NCBI GenBank assembly: GCA_023205875.1
Contig: CP060766.1
Location: 1-64,000, forward strand
Origin: Chloropicon primus
Taxonomy: Eukaryota
Length of the DNA: 64,000 bases
Direction of reading: 5' to 3'
Below the pieces are notes generated by a model. That model was not told where the DNA came from. It did not search any database and saw only the letters and a program-made list of their open reading frames with translations. This document shows, piece by piece, positions 63,180 through 64,000 of the stretch (position 1 is its first letter; every line of letters starts with the position of its first letter). Both the position numbers and the translations under genes were made by a program.

Positions 63180-64000
63180 TCAGAGGGTGACCCGGGGTGG
63201 ACACCGCTTGAGAATGCACTCCCCCGCCGTGGCCTCCCCCGAGATGTGGGGAGAGATGAGAGAGCCAACACCCCCGGACCCTTCCGGGTTCTCGAGCTCA
63301 AAGCCGTTAGAGAAGACAACGCGGCCCGGAAGGACATCGTATCGGTACTGCGTCACCTCGCCGTCCGCAAAGGCCCTGGCGATGGCGCTGCTCGTGTCTT
63401 TGTTCAGGTTGCACCCCCCCGCCAGCACACGCTGAAGCGGGGTCAAAACGTCCTGAGCGATTCGCAGGGGCGTTCCTGGCTGGGCGCCGACGTGTTCCAC
63501 AAAATAGTACTTCCCCCCTGGCTTCAGGATCCTCCTGATCTCCGCTAAAGTCGCGTCCTGGTCCTCCACGGAGCACAGCAGCAGAGTGGCGATCACGGCA
63601 TCGGCACTGGAGTCCGGGAGCCCCGTGGCTCCGGCGTCCGCAACCACGAGGTTCACGTCAGGCGCACTCTCGAGCTTCGCTATTCGGTCCCTCGCGTACC
63701 CGAACATTTCGCAATTGGTGTCTATCCCCGTAATCGTGTCCCCCTTGCCCGCCCTCCCGGGAGCGTAGTACTGCAGGTTGGGCCCGGACCCGATGCCGAG
63801 CTCCACGATGCTCAAGTTCTCCCTCGGGCTCCCGGCCAGGCCTCCGAACAATCTTCGTTTCATCAGAGCGATGCTCTTCTCGTAACCAACCATCCCCTCC
63901 GAAAGGTTCACCGCCTGAAACTTGTCGTACCGCTGGGCCAAGTAACCACGTCTCGACCGCACCCTCCCCTCGGTCGACCGAGCTGCGCAAGCTGGGTTCC
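63180..64000 (-). CDS. SAM-dependent methyltransferase type 11 (METTL7-like), 5' end outside the window
   Basis: VELGIGSGPN, LPDSSADAVIATLLLCSV, RRILKPGG, FVEHV, GGCNL. The frame is open to the window edge. Confidence 0.88.
   Translation of the reverse strand, partial: NPACAARSTEGRVRSRRGYLAQRYDKFQAVNLSEGMVGYEKSIALMKRRLFGGLAGSPRENLSIVELGIGSGPNLQYYAPGRAGKGDTITGIDTNCEMFGYARDRIAKLESAPDVNLVVADAGATGLPDSSADAVIATLLLCSVEDQDATLAEIRRILKPGGKYYFVEHVGAQPGTPLRIAQDVLTPLQRVLAGGCNLNKDTSSAIARAFADGEVTQYRYDVLPGRVVFSNGFELENPEGSGGVGSLISPHISGEATAGECILKRCPPRVTL

Overview
Eukaryotic nuclear DNA: the left end of a chromosome from a compact, GC-rich, intron-poor green microalga. The (TTTTAGG)n telomere, plant/chlorophyte-type genes and microsatellite-rich promoters suggest Chloropicon or a relative; this is an inference. 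About 360 bp of telomere and about 1 kb of subtelomere are followed by about 35 tightly packed genes, many in head-to-head pairs. They include CCT7, PHF5A, IFT70, SAS6-like, 6PGL, cyclophilin, a SEN1-like helicase, MsrB, PrfB, RAD50, SEH1, SmG, SEC14, an AP2 factor, AAE17/18, RBBP5, AP5B1, an ICME-like esterase, GT29, cyclin C and PIP5K. Several spliced models were rebuilt by hand. The standout is an ABCD4(cblJ)-like half-transporter with an MMADHC(cblD)-like domain inserted between its membrane domain and a degenerate ATPase, a candidate fused vitamin B12 export/hand-off protein. Other highlights are a hidden spliced POLD4-domain gene, a divergent ciliary gene pair (IFT70/SAS6L), a GT29 with a SAP-like tail, a dispersed hairpin element with a compensatory base change, promoter direct repeats spaced 182-198 bp apart, recurrent E2F-like boxes and an interstitial telomeric tract. 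All family calls come from motif recognition; no database searches were run.
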